In this document: in pieces, positions 1 through 9,702 of the stretch | How the letters are laid out: the number at the start of each line of letters is the position of its first letter | Position numbering within the stretch: the stretch's first letter is position 1 | DNA from: Myxococcales bacterium | GTDB taxonomy: Bacteria > Myxococcota_A > Polyangia > Polyangiales > Houyiibacteriaceae | Reading direction: 5' to 3' | NCBI GenBank assembly: GCA_029863605.1 | Contig: JAOTVB010000003.1 | Coordinates: forward strand, 201,658 to 265,657 | Length of the DNA: 64,000 nt | Translations under genes and position numbers: made by a program | The notes under the pieces: generated by a model | Told to the model about the DNA's origin: nothing | The model's database searches: none | Seen by the model: the letters and a program-made list of their open reading frames with translations, nothing else

Positions 1-1812
1 ACGGGGATCCTTCCCCGAGGCCTAGAACCGCTCGCAGCGTTCATTGCGGATCGCGGCGGGCGCCTCGGGGACGAGGGACGCGTTCTCGCGGCGTACTACC
101 TGCTCGCGCGCCTCACCGAGGAGGAGAAGTACCAGCAACGCTACGATCGAGTCGCTGCATGGGGCCTAGAGGCGCGCAGTCAAGTCGACGAGGCCCTTCC
201 GCGCTACGGTCAGCTTCTTGAGGTTTGGACGGAGCACGCCGATCTCACACCAGCCCCCGAAGTCCTCGACACGATCGCAGGGCTGTACATCGCGCGACGG
301 GACGCGCTGTCGGCGGAGTCATCGGAAGCGCGCGGCCAATATGGGGCCGTCAGCAATCGCATCTGGCGGATCGCACCGCTCGATGTCGCCGCCGTATATC
401 TTGCTCACGGTGACGTGGAGTCTGCGATCGCCCGCGTCGAGGGTATGGGTCCCAGCGGGGATTTACAGATTCGACTGCTCGATCTTCTGCGGCTGGCCAA
501 GAACTCTGGAGAGGAAGGGGCCCAAGCCACCTACGAGCTGGTCGAAGGCTTTTCGGTGGCCCGGCCGGACGTGACTTCCGGTCTCTGTCGCGTGTCGCTC
601 GGTCGATACCCCAAAGACTTCCGATTTCGACGTTGCATGGCGCGCGTCGCCGCTGACGAGGGTCAGTTTGCCGCGGCGACCGCCTGGTACGTGAGCGCGA
701 TCGAGTTGGCGCCAGAGATGGTCGAGCTATACGACGAAGCGCTCAATCAGCTCGACGAGTTCATCGAAAGCCGGCTGATGGACCCGCATCCCGAGCGGTC
801 GAGCTCACTGGCTCGCGGGGCCGAACAAATCCTCGCAGCACGACTCGAACGCTGGCCCGAGTCAGAGCCTCCGATCGCACCAGACCAACTAGAGTTTCTG
901 ATCGGCATGTTGGAGATGAACGCAGGCCGGGTCGACGAGGCCGAGCGGCGCTTCAAAGCCAGCATCGCGCGTGACGAGAACGCCAATGCCTTGCTGCAAC
1001 TCGGCCTTCTTCTCGAGCGCATAGGGCGCCCCAAAGACGCAGAGGCCTACTATCGGCGGGCCCTTTCATTGACCCCTTCGAATACGTTGAGCGATTCGCT
1101 CCATCGCGCCGAGATTCTCGAACATGTCGGCAACGCTGCGGGCGCTCGAGGTCGCGCGCGTGAGATGACGGTGAGCTACGAGACGGCGCTCGCGGCGTGG
1201 AGTGAGGCGATAGGCCTCGTCGAAGGGCCGACCGCGGCGCTGGTCGAGATCCGTCGTGGGATCCTGCTAGACCATCTCGGCCGTCACGACAAAGCACTCG
1301 ATGCGTTCCACAGCGCGATGGCCCTGGCCCCCCAGTGGCGTGAGGTGTACGCGACCATCCTCTCGCACCTCGTCGTTTCGGAGCCCGACTTGGAGTTCGC
1401 TTCGACGGTCTGGCGCCGCGCGCAGCTTCAGCTGAACCTGCCGCCCGAATGGAAGGTGTATTTCACCCTGTGGCTCCAGTTCATTGCGGCGCGTGCCGAA
1501 CAGGCCCCCAACCCAGAGCATACCGAGCTGCTTCGCCGCCTCGGTCAGCCCGCAAACTGGTGGGGAAAGCTCGCGAGCTTTGGCGCACGGGACATCAGCT
1601 ACGATGATCTTCTCACCGTAGCTTCGAGCCTTGGCGAGGAGACCGAAGCCTTGTTCTACGAGGCCACCAGGCTCTTCGTGGCAGGCAATCGCGACGAAGC
1701 CAACGCCCAGTTCCGGCGCGTGCTCGACACCAAGATGGTCAGCTTCTATGAGTACGAGATGGCCCGAAAGCTACTACTCGCTCAGTCGAAGCTCGGAGCA
1801 AGCAAGCCGTGA
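1..1812 (+). CDS. TPR/helical-repeat protein, 5'-truncated by the window edge
   Basis: Frame +1 is open from nt 1 to the stop at 1810-1812, so the listed Met at 415 is internal. The product is helical-repeat/TPR-like (e.g. GRVDEAERRFKASIARDENANALLQLGLLLERIGRPKDAEAYYRRALSL). Its stop overlaps the GTG start of the next gene (GTGA). Confidence 0.7.
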   Translation, partial: TGILPRGLEPLAAFIADRGGRLGDEGRVLAAYYLLARLTEEEKYQQRYDRVAAWGLEARSQVDEALPRYGQLLEVWTEHADLTPAPEVLDTIAGLYIARRDALSAESSEARGQYGAVSNRIWRIAPLDVAAVYLAHGDVESAIARVEGMGPSGDLQIRLLDLLRLAKNSGEEGAQATYELVEGFSVARPDVTSGLCRVSLGRYPKDFRFRRCMARVAADEGQFAAATAWYVSAIELAPEMVELYDEALNQLDEFIESRLMDPHPERSSSLARGAEQILAARLERWPESEPPIAPDQLEFLIGMLEMNAGRVDEAERRFKASIARDENANALLQLGLLLERIGRPKDAEAYYRRALSLTPSNTLSDSLHRAEILEHVGNAAGARGRAREMTVSYETALAAWSEAIGLVEGPTAALVEIRRGILLDHLGRHDKALDAFHSAMALAPQWREVYATILSHLVVSEPDLEFASTVWRRAQLQLNLPPEWKVYFTLWLQFIAARAEQAPNPEHTELLRRLGQPANWWGKLASFGARDISYDDLLTVASSLGEETEALFYEATRLFVAGNRDEANAQFRRVLDTKMVSFYEYEMARKLLLAQSKLGASKP

Positions 1813-4136
1813 TCGACTTCGAGAAGCTCGGCACCTTCTACTTGGGCAGGCTGTTCGATCAGCAAACGGGACAACCCAGCGATGCTCCGGTTCTCTACGA
1901 CGCCAAAGACCTGACCACCCACGCCGTGTGCGTCGGGATGACCGGCAGTGGCAAGACCGGCCTATGTCTAACCCTCCTCGAAGAAGCGGCGATCGACGGA
2001 ATCCCCGCCCTCTGCATCGACCCCAAGGGAGACTTGGGGAATCTACTTCTCACCTTCCCCGAGCTTCGCCCGAGCGATTTCGAGCCATGGATCGATCCCC
2101 TCGAGGCCGAGCGAAAAGGCCGCTCGGTGGCCGAGCATGCGGAGTCGGTGGCAAAGCTGTGGAGCGAAGGCCTTGCGAGTTGGGGCCAAGACGGCAAACG
2201 CATCTCGCGGTTCCGAGATGCAGTCGACCTCGCGATTTACACACCAGGAAGCTCTGCGGGGCGCCCACTTCGTGTGCTCGACGCCTTTGCCCCACCATCT
2301 GGGGCCGATGTCGACACCGATTGGAAGCGCGAGGAGCTGATGAGCGCCGTCTCGAGTCTGCTTGCGTTGATCGGGATCGAGCCGGATCCGGTGAACAGCA
2401 AGGAGCACATCCTTCTTTCCAATCTTTTGTCTCACGCTTGGGACCAGGACGAGACCCTCGGTCTCGACGAGTTGATCCGGTGGATCGGAGCTCCGCCCAT
2501 CGACCGCATCGGAGTCATGGATCTGGAGTCGTTCTATCCCTCGGCCGATCGGCAGAAGCTCGCAATGCGAATCAACGGGATGATCGCGTCGCCTGGGTTC
2601 TCGACATGGCTCGAAGGGGAGCCCCTCGATGTTCAGAGTCTTCTTTGGACTGAAGAGGGAAAGCCGAGAGTCTCGATCCTTTCCATAGCGCACTTGAGCG
2701 ACGCGGAGCGGATGTTTTTCGTGAGCACGTTGTTGAGCCGCGTCGTGACGTGGATGCGAAAACAGTCGGGCACCTCGAGCCTCCGCGCGATCGTCTACAT
2801 GGATGAGGTGTTCGGGTTTCTTCCGCCGGTTGCGGAGCCGCCTTCCAAAGGGCCGCTGCTCACTTTGCTCAAACAGGCCCGCGCGTACGGGCTAGGCGTG
2901 GTGTTGGCGACGCAGAATCCCGTCGACATCGACTACAAGGCGCTCTCGAACTGCGGCACGTGGTTCCTCGGAAGGCTTCAAACCGAACGCGACGTGGCTC
3001 GCGTGCTCGATGGCCTCGAGGGCGCGTCCGAGGCAGCCGGTCACCCACTGCAACGCGGCGAAGTCGAGCGTCTTCTTGCAGGGCTCCGTAGCCGGGTTTT
3101 TCTGTTGAACAGCGCCCACGAGGACGGGCACATTCTGTTTCACACCCGATGGGCGATGTCGTATCTGCGGGGCCCGCTCACGCGAACCCAGATCAAGCAG
3201 TTGACCCCGGCGATCGAGGTGGCACCGAAGAAGAGAGCCGCAGCCGCGTCCACCAGCGCGAGCCCTGCGGGGCACGCGCTTCCAGTTCTTCCGGTCGGGA
3301 TCGAGCAGGTGTTCTTGGACGACGGCCCAGGCGCCTACGAGCCCCATCTGGTCGCGACCGTTTCACTTCACTATTCCCGGGCCACGTATGGTCTCGACGA
3401 GTGGAAAGAGCAGGTTCTCCTTGCGCCGCTTCGAGAAGGAGACCCATGGGAGCAAGCCGAAGTGTTCGAACCCGATGCGCTCGATCTCGTCGACACCCCA
3501 CCGGAACAGGCGGAGTTCGCACCACCGCCACCCCGCTCACTCGGAAAGGCGCGCTTTCGGAGCTACCAGAAACAGCTCAAGAGCCACGTTTACCAGCACC
3601 AACCGAAAACCCTCTGGCAATGCAAGCCACTCAAACTTCGTTCGAGGCCCGAAGAATCGAAGTCCGAGTTCGCATCGCGGGTTCAGTTGGCGGTTCGTGA
3701 AAAGCGAGACAGCATGGTCGAGGACCTCCGTGTTCGGTTCGCAAAGAAGATCAAGCGCATGGAAGACCGGGTTCGTCGCGCGGAGGGCAAGGTCGAGCGC
3801 GAAAAGGGCCAGTACGATCAGCAAAAACTGCAGACCGGGATCTCGATGGGCGCGACGATTCTCGGTGCGATTTTCGGGAGCCGAGGTTTGGGACGGGCCA
3901 CGACGGCGGCACGAGGGGCCGGCCGCGCAGCACGCGAACGCCAGGATGTCCTTCAAGCTGAAGAAGAAGTGCGCACCTTCGAGGAAGAACGAGATGCTCT
4001 CGAAATCGAGTGCGAAGAAGAAGTACGCGCCCTTCAGGCCGACGCGGAGCCCCCGGAGATCGACGAAGCGGTCGTCCGCCCGAAGAAGGCAGACATCGGG
4101 GTTTCCGACCTCAAGCTCGCCTGGAGGCGAGTCTAG
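1809..4136 (+). CDS. YjgR(DUF853)/HerA-like P-loop NTPase with C-terminal coiled-coil tail
   Basis: 775-aa ORF. Walker [10 protein letters not shown] (1935-1961) sits in the context [39 protein letters not shown], which resembles E. coli YjgR and HerA/FtsK-type NTPases. Walker B-like [11 protein letters not shown] and [12 protein letters not shown] are present. The last ~170 aa are highly charged and heptad-like, with a Gly-rich hydrophobic patch ([19 protein letters not shown]). Confidence 0.75.
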   Translation: MIDFEKLGTFYLGRLFDQQTGQPSDAPVLYDAKDLTTHAVCVGMTGSGKTGLCLTLLEEAAIDGIPALCIDPKGDLGNLLLTFPELRPSDFEPWIDPLEAERKGRSVAEHAESVAKLWSEGLASWGQDGKRISRFRDAVDLAIYTPGSSAGRPLRVLDAFAPPSGADVDTDWKREELMSAVSSLLALIGIEPDPVNSKEHILLSNLLSHAWDQDETLGLDELIRWIGAPPIDRIGVMDLESFYPSADRQKLAMRINGMIASPGFSTWLEGEPLDVQSLLWTEEGKPRVSILSIAHLSDAERMFFVSTLLSRVVTWMRKQSGTSSLRAIVYMDEVFGFLPPVAEPPSKGPLLTLLKQARAYGLGVVLATQNPVDIDYKALSNCGTWFLGRLQTERDVARVLDGLEGASEAAGHPLQRGEVERLLAGLRSRVFLLNSAHEDGHILFHTRWAMSYLRGPLTRTQIKQLTPAIEVAPKKRAAAASTSASPAGHALPVLPVGIEQVFLDDGPGAYEPHLVATVSLHYSRATYGLDEWKEQVLLAPLREGDPWEQAEVFEPDALDLVDTPPEQAEFAPPPPRSLGKARFRSYQKQLKSHVYQHQPKTLWQCKPLKLRSRPEESKSEFASRVQLAVREKRDSMVEDLRVRFAKKIKRMEDRVRRAEGKVEREKGQYDQQKLQTGISMGATILGAIFGSRGLGRATTAARGAGRAARERQDVLQAEEEVRTFEEERDALEIECEEEVRALQADAEPPEIDEAVVRPKKADIGVSDLKLAWRRV

Positions 4137-4603
4137 AGGGCTTCGAAAGCCTGTCGCACTTCCGGGGGCGCCTCGACGAGCTCGATCAAGACGCCTTGTC
4201 CACCGATCGGCCTTTCCTCGCTGCCTTTCGGGTGGATGAAGCACACGCGATGGCCGGCGGCTCCACGGCGGATACCGCCCGGCGTGAATCGGACCCCCTG
4301 GGTTCCGAGCCATTCCACGGCCGCGTCGATGTCGTCGACCCACAGCCCGATGTGATTGAGAGGTGGATTGTCGACCCTTGGTTTCTTGTCGGGATCGATC
4401 GGTTGCATGAGGTCGACTTCGACGATGAATGCGCCGGCGCCCATCGTGACGATGTCTTCGTCGACGTTTTCCTTTTCGCTTCGGAAATTCCCGGTGGGCT
4501 CGAGCCCGAGCGTGTCGACCCAAAGCCGGCGAAGGGAGTTCTTGTCGGACGCTCCTACGGCGATCTGTTGAATGCCAAGGACCTTGAACGGACGATCTGC
4601 CAT
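4133..4603 (-). CDS. VOC (glyoxalase/bleomycin-resistance/dioxygenase) family protein
   Basis: Product [22 protein letters not shown]...[24 protein letters not shown]...VCFIHPKG is typical of the VOC fold. I chose the start at ATG 4601-4603 to avoid overlapping trpS. The stop shares a CTAG with the convergent upstream gene. Confidence 0.75.
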   Translation of the reverse strand: MADRPFKVLGIQQIAVGASDKNSLRRLWVDTLGLEPTGNFRSEKENVDEDIVTMGAGAFIVEVDLMQPIDPDKKPRVDNPPLNHIGLWVDDIDAAVEWLGTQGVRFTPGGIRRGAAGHRVCFIHPKGSEERPIGGQGVLIELVEAPPEVRQAFEAL

Positions 4604-4634
4604 ACCTGCGCGTTTCATACCCCGGTTGCCGCTC

Positions 4635-5624
4635 ATGTCCACATGGGACACCCTCCGCCCGGTGAAGACCTCACTGACCGGCATCAAACCGACGCACTTG
4701 CCGCATCTCGGAAACTACCTCGGTGCGATCCGTCCCGCCCTTTCGCTCGTCGACCGATATCGAACTCTCTACTTCATCGCGGACTACCACGCGCTCACCA
4801 GCGTTCGGGACGCGGATAAGCTCCGAGGCTACATTCGCGACGTTGCGGCAACCTGGCTCGCGTGCGGTCTCGATCCCGAGCGTACCCTACTCTACCGACA
4901 GTCTGATGTGCCTGAGGTCTTGGAGCTCACGTGGGTGTTGAGCTGTTTGCTGGCGACTGGGCAGCTAGAGCGCGGCCATGCCTACAAAGACGCGCTCGCA
5001 CGCGGAGGGTCACCCAATGCGGGGATCTTCAACTATCCAGTGTTGATGGCGGCCGACATTCTTCTCTACGACACCGACGTCGTGCCGATCGGCAAAGATC
5101 AAAAGCAGCATCTGGAGCTGACTCGCGACGTGGCGTTGCGACTAAACCACACCTACGGCGAGGACACGCTCGTCGTGCCGGAGGCTTTGATCACCGAGGC
5201 GCCCCTTGTTCCAGGGACCGACGGCGAAAAGATGAGCAAGAGCCGCGGCAACGGAATTCCTCTATTCGAGACACCAAAGAAGCTTCGCAAGGTGATCATG
5301 GGCATCACCACCAGTTCCGAGGCACTCGAGGAGCCGAAGTCAGCCGAAGGTTCGACTGTCTACGAGCTATATGAGCTCGTCGCCCCCGAGCAGGCCTCCG
5401 AGATGAAGCGAAAGCTCGCGGCTGGTGGCTACGGGTGGGGTCACGCCAAGCAAGAGCTTTATGAGGCGATCGAAGCCGAGATCGGCTCCAAGCGAGAAGC
5501 GTACCTCGAGATTCGTGCCGACGAGCCGAAGCTCGATGCGATCTTGCATGAAGGTGCGGAGAAGGCGAGGTTGATCGCTCACGCGACCATGCGGCGCGTG
5601 CGGAGCGCGGTGGGCATCGACTGA
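4635..5624 (+). CDS. trpS: tryptophan--tRNA ligase
   Basis: Class I aaRS signatures are present: [17 protein letters not shown] (HIGH-type) and KMSKSRGN (KMSKS). Length is ~330 aa from ATG 4635 ([11 protein letters not shown]). Confidence 0.9.
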   Translation: MSTWDTLRPVKTSLTGIKPTHLPHLGNYLGAIRPALSLVDRYRTLYFIADYHALTSVRDADKLRGYIRDVAATWLACGLDPERTLLYRQSDVPEVLELTWVLSCLLATGQLERGHAYKDALARGGSPNAGIFNYPVLMAADILLYDTDVVPIGKDQKQHLELTRDVALRLNHTYGEDTLVVPEALITEAPLVPGTDGEKMSKSRGNGIPLFETPKKLRKVIMGITTSSEALEEPKSAEGSTVYELYELVAPEQASEMKRKLAAGGYGWGHAKQELYEAIEAEIGSKREAYLEIRADEPKLDAILHEGAEKARLIAHATMRRVRSAVGID

Positions 5625-5625
5625 G

Positions 5626-6132
5626 TCACTCGGCGCTGCTCCATTGCGCGTCGTCGAAGTCCTCGTACTCCTCGCTCTCGACAGGTCCTTCGGCGGGCTG
5701 TTGCACCTCAGGAACCGCGAGCAACCCGGGATGACCGCTCTCGACGGATTCGTTGGTGAGCAGGAACGTTTGCTTGTGCTTCTGCCATGCTTGTCGAACG
5801 ATGGTCTGGGCGATGACCATCGTCTCGTGGTCGTACCACCGGATGGCAACTCGAGAGACCGCTCCCGAGCCATCTTCGTCGGTGTGGGCGTTCACCGCGA
5901 GGATCTCGCTGTCGGCGATCTGAATGTCTCGTCCCCAGCGCATGTGCGAGAGGCGGAACTGGTTCTGGAACACCGGTGACACCCGACCGGCCGCGACGTC
6001 CATTCGACCCCAACGCGCCCCCTCATTGAGCTCGATCACCGAGTCGCGAAGCCTGGTTTCGGGGCTCAGATTTTGTATCAAGCAACCGCTCAGACCTAGC
6101 AACAGACCCACCCAACAGATTCGTCCAGACAT
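5626..6132 (-). CDS. hypothetical lipoprotein
   Basis: 168-aa ORF with a signal peptide and lipobox (WVGLLLGLSGC). I recognise no family. Confidence 0.55.
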   Translation of the reverse strand: MSGRICWVGLLLGLSGCLIQNLSPETRLRDSVIELNEGARWGRMDVAAGRVSPVFQNQFRLSHMRWGRDIQIADSEILAVNAHTDEDGSGAVSRVAIRWYDHETMVIAQTIVRQAWQKHKQTFLLTNESVESGHPGLLAVPEVQQPAEGPVESEEYEDFDDAQWSSAE

Positions 6133-6168
6133 AGGCCGACGCTAGGCACGGGGCCGAATAATGGGCAA

Positions 6169-8910
6169 CTAATCGGCGGCCCTGGCTTCGGTCCTGGCGA
6201 GACGAGCTCGCGCGGCCCGATTGTCGGGGTCCTGCACGAGCGCTTTTCGCCAGGCTTCACGTGCCCGAATCACCTTGCCTTGAAGCATGAGAGCATCTCC
6301 GAGGAGCACTTTGTACTGCGCGCGGCGCGGCCTCTTCGCGACCGCCCGCTCTGCCCATTTGGCCGCTCGTTCGCCGTCCTTGGCCGCGACGTAGAGGGTG
6401 GCGTAGCCCGCCATGGCTTGCGGGTTCTTTGGGTCGAGCTCCCAGGCTCGGTCGAGCGTCGCCCCTGCCCGATCGAGTTCCCCCCCTCGAATCAACGCAA
6501 GGGCACGATGTACCAGGACGTCGGATGCCTTGTCCGGTTCTCGGGGAAGGTTCTGCGTGGGGATCACCGGCTTCGGCTTCTGCGGGGTCGGCGGGTCCTC
6601 GAGTTGCGTAGGCGTCTCCGAGGCGGCTGGCTCCTCTGGTTGCGTCGGCTGCTTTGGGGTTGGCGGCGCCTCTTGCACGGATCGGGCCGCCTCGGGCTCT
6701 ACTGTCTCTTCTTCGACAGGCTCTTCCGGACTCGCCTCATCGGCCTGTGTTTCCGCGACTTCCTCGTCGGCCGAGCGCATTTCGGCTGCTAGGCCTTCAT
6801 CCAAAGCTTCGAGACCGTCCACGGGTCCGGTGATCGGGCTTTGATCGGCAGGAGCTTCCTTTTCGACCTCGGCGGCCGCTACCGAATCGGAGTCGGCGAG
6901 CCACAGCTGCCAGGCCAAGAAACCGCCTCCTCCGAGGAGGGCTACTAGAAGCAGGATCGGAAGCCAAACCGGCGTCGAGTGGGCCGAGGAAGGCGCAAGA
7001 ATCGTCGCTCCTTCGAGCATCGATGCGAGCTCATGGTCGAATGCCTGGTCTGCAAACAAGGGACCTCGCGAGGACCTCTCGCTGGCGGGTGGTGGTGGGG
7101 GGGTCGGAGCCGGCTTCTTCGGGACCGGAATCGTCTTTTCCGTGTCTTCGGGGAGCATTTCGAACACCGGAGCAAGACCCATTTGTGTCTTCTTTGGAAG
7201 ACGCGGCGCGCCGTGGTCGGTGTGTCGTTCGGGCCCGTTGCTCTCGTGTACGGCAGCACTAGCGGCGAATGCTCGACGTTGAGTCTCGATCTTGCCGACC
7301 AGCTGGGCCCTCTTGTTCGTCGGAGCTTCGTCTTCGAAAATAGCCTGCCCCTCGGCATCTGCCGTTTGAAGATGCCGAAACCTCGGCGGTGCCATGGTCC
7401 GGAGCTGCTCGAACCCATCGCGTGGCAGGGCGCTCGGAGGCATCGTCACGTGGTCTTGCGCTTCGGGTGCGGCCGGCGGGGCGGTCGGTGCATCCCCGAT
7501 GACGGCGTTCTCACCTTCCGCGACGCCGAGCTCGCGCGCAACCACGCCGAGCGCTTCATCGACCGGCATCATGATGTTCGCAACAGAGGGAAGATCCTGC
7601 TCTCGAATCGAAACACGGCCCGAGTTCATCCCCCAGAGCGCTGTCAAAGCCGGTATGCCCTGGAGGGTCAGAGTCGTTCCTTCTCGAAGCGTCGCGTACG
7701 CACCCACGATGGAGTTGTCTGCGATGTCCACCTCGACGTTCCGCTTGTTTCCGACGATCGCGACGTGACGCACGCCGGGGACCGATCCGAGAGCGCGAAG
7801 GAGGCGTCCGGGACCGATTAGCTCGAGCCTGGTGTCGAAATCGACCTCGTCGGTCACGCGCCGAGCCACCACCGCGTCTTGCTCGATGAGGGGTGTGATC
7901 CGTGCGACGAGTCGTGGGAGGTCCGGCTCGGCATCCGAAACCGCGCTTGGCCAGAAATCATCCCACCGCACCACCAGCATCGAGGCCCAACGAAGCTGCG
8001 GATCCTTGCGAATGGCGCGCACGAACTCGATCCCCTTCCCACCGACTGCGATCGAGTCCATCACCACAACCTGCGGGTCGACTTCCCGAATTCTCGGGAT
8101 CACTGCGGTCGAAAAATCGGCCGCGGCGACCTGCACCCCCTTAGCATGGAGTGCGTGCGCGAGCTTCTCTGCGCGAAGCTCATCGGTGTCGAGGATCACC
8201 ATTCGCGACCCTTCGAGCACGCTCAGGTCGATTGCGTCCGTGGGTTCAATCGCAGCGGGCAGAGTCGACAGGCGGCCGCCACTCGCCTCGTGGAACTCGT
8301 ATTCGAGTGGCTCAGACTCGGCCACCGCTTCGCGCAGACGCTCGAGTATCAACTCCATGTTGTGAGCGCTTGGCGATTCGGTTTCGATCACGATCGGCAT
8401 GCCCTCGAGAACCCCCTTCGGGGACTGTATGCTCAGAATGCCGGTCTTGTGGTCACTCGAAACCAAAGAGACGACATCTCTCAGGTTGTCCTCGTTGAGC
8501 TCGCCGCTCGCGAGACCGGAGCGGTCGGGAACCTCCTGCGCCAGCTCAGTAAGTCGGCGGGCGATCGTGTCGGCACCTGCGCCCCTCGGGACGATCGCAA
8601 CCGCACCGTTGCGGAAGTCGGGCCCTTCGTGCTTCAGGACGGCCTCGTTCGAGACGACCGCAATCGGTAGAACGTCGGTTGCCCGGTTTGCAGCCATCCG
8701 CTGGACGACGCTGGCTCCGCCCCGCACCGCCGCGTCGCCGCTCAAGACGACCAGGTCCGGTGCGTAAACCCGGACCGCGTTCTCGAGCTCAGCGGTAGCG
8801 CTAGCTGCAACAGAAACGCCGTGGCGACGAAGCGCTTCCCCCAACGCTGTCTGCATCGGTTCGCCCTGGCCCACCAGCAATACGGTGGGTCGGTGCTCCT
8901 CCTCCGACAT
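6169..8910 (-). CDS. multidomain signalling protein: receiver-like domains, DUF4388-like segment, Pro/Glu-rich linker, TM helix, C-terminal TPR
   Basis: 913-aa ORF. The N-terminal CheY-like fold lacks the acidic pocket (LLVGQGE...DLVVLSGDA). A second receiver-like domain follows (MVILDTDE...VVVMDS). A hydrophobic helix VWLPILLLVALLGGGGFLAWQLWL is present. The C-terminus has TPR-like repeats (ALALIRGGELDRAGATLDRAWELDPKNPQA...). Confidence 0.75.
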   Translation of the reverse strand: MSEEEHRPTVLLVGQGEPMQTALGEALRRHGVSVAASATAELENAVRVYAPDLVVLSGDAAVRGGASVVQRMAANRATDVLPIAVVSNEAVLKHEGPDFRNGAVAIVPRGAGADTIARRLTELAQEVPDRSGLASGELNEDNLRDVVSLVSSDHKTGILSIQSPKGVLEGMPIVIETESPSAHNMELILERLREAVAESEPLEYEFHEASGGRLSTLPAAIEPTDAIDLSVLEGSRMVILDTDELRAEKLAHALHAKGVQVAAADFSTAVIPRIREVDPQVVVMDSIAVGGKGIEFVRAIRKDPQLRWASMLVVRWDDFWPSAVSDAEPDLPRLVARITPLIEQDAVVARRVTDEVDFDTRLELIGPGRLLRALGSVPGVRHVAIVGNKRNVEVDIADNSIVGAYATLREGTTLTLQGIPALTALWGMNSGRVSIREQDLPSVANIMMPVDEALGVVARELGVAEGENAVIGDAPTAPPAAPEAQDHVTMPPSALPRDGFEQLRTMAPPRFRHLQTADAEGQAIFEDEAPTNKRAQLVGKIETQRRAFAASAAVHESNGPERHTDHGAPRLPKKTQMGLAPVFEMLPEDTEKTIPVPKKPAPTPPPPPASERSSRGPLFADQAFDHELASMLEGATILAPSSAHSTPVWLPILLLVALLGGGGFLAWQLWLADSDSVAAAEVEKEAPADQSPITGPVDGLEALDEGLAAEMRSADEEVAETQADEASPEEPVEEETVEPEAARSVQEAPPTPKQPTQPEEPAASETPTQLEDPPTPQKPKPVIPTQNLPREPDKASDVLVHRALALIRGGELDRAGATLDRAWELDPKNPQAMAGYATLYVAAKDGERAAKWAERAVAKRPRRAQYKVLLGDALMLQGKVIRAREAWRKALVQDPDNRAARARLARTEARAAD

Positions 8911-8987
8911 CGATCAGAATGGTGGCTGATTCTGAGCCATTTCGCCAGCTTGGTGCGAGTGGCTTTCTTAGCTACACTCCGCCGCCT

Positions 8988-9623
8988 ATGATTACGCAAC
9001 CCGTCGAGTTCCTCCGAGACACCTTTCCCAAGCTTTTCACCCGTGGAGTCGAGGTCCTCGAAAGCCGCGCCTCTGGGGGCGACGAGCGTGCGCAGCGGAT
9101 CCTCGCGGACGTCAAGGGGGTGACGGGGGCAGTACGCCTCGAAGTCGACGACTACCCACCGATCGTCCTATCGGGCAAGGCCGGCCTTCTGATCGCAGGG
9201 AACGAGCCCGAAGAAGGCGTTCCCTTGAAGGCGACCGCCAAAATACCAGCCAATGCGGTCCAACTCCTGCTCGGCTCGGCGCTGCGATCCGGTGCCTTAG
9301 ACGACGAGGAAGTGGCCGTCGGCGCAGCTCAGACGGCGTCCAAGCGATTCGAGGACGCGCTTGCTGGGCAGCCATTGAGCTTCGAGGCCACCGTGAAGGA
9401 TGTGCCGGAGCTGGGGGACGTGATCCTGCAGGTCGCCTTCAACGTTCCGGAGGTCCCCGCCGAGCCTGGATTCACCACCGAGCTCCAGTTCTCGGACCTC
9501 GAGGCCGTCCGGCGCGGCGAGCTCACGGTCCAGGAGCTGTTTCTCGGCGGGAAGCTCAAGATGCAAGGCGATTATTCGCTCGCACTCCAGATCTCGATGC
9601 AACTTCTCACCAATCCGCTCTGA
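8988..9623 (+). CDS. SCP2 sterol-binding domain protein
   Basis: The C-terminal motif ELTVQELFLGGKLKMQGDYSLALQISMQL is typical of SCP-2 family proteins. Start chosen at ATG 8988. Confidence 0.65.
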   Translation: MITQPVEFLRDTFPKLFTRGVEVLESRASGGDERAQRILADVKGVTGAVRLEVDDYPPIVLSGKAGLLIAGNEPEEGVPLKATAKIPANAVQLLLGSALRSGALDDEEVAVGAAQTASKRFEDALAGQPLSFEATVKDVPELGDVILQVAFNVPEVPAEPGFTTELQFSDLEAVRRGELTVQELFLGGKLKMQGDYSLALQISMQLLTNPL

Positions 9624-9702
9624 ACGGAAGATCCGGAGATCCAAGCGGAACTTGCCGGGCCCTCCTGCGGACGGATACCCTGATCGCTGTTAGTGGGGGG
9701 TC

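Noticed and set aside
1631-2653. 340-aa alternative-frame ORF overlapping the TPR/NTPase junction
   Set aside because: The translation is Arg/Ser/Pro-rich. The other frame contains the Walker A and B motifs.
3537-4523. 328-aa minus-strand ORF spanning the 3' end of the NTPase gene and the VOC gene
   Set aside because: The product is Arg/Pro/Gly-rich low-complexity sequence with no motifs. It lies antisense to or out of frame with two well-supported genes. This is a typical high-GC shadow ORF.
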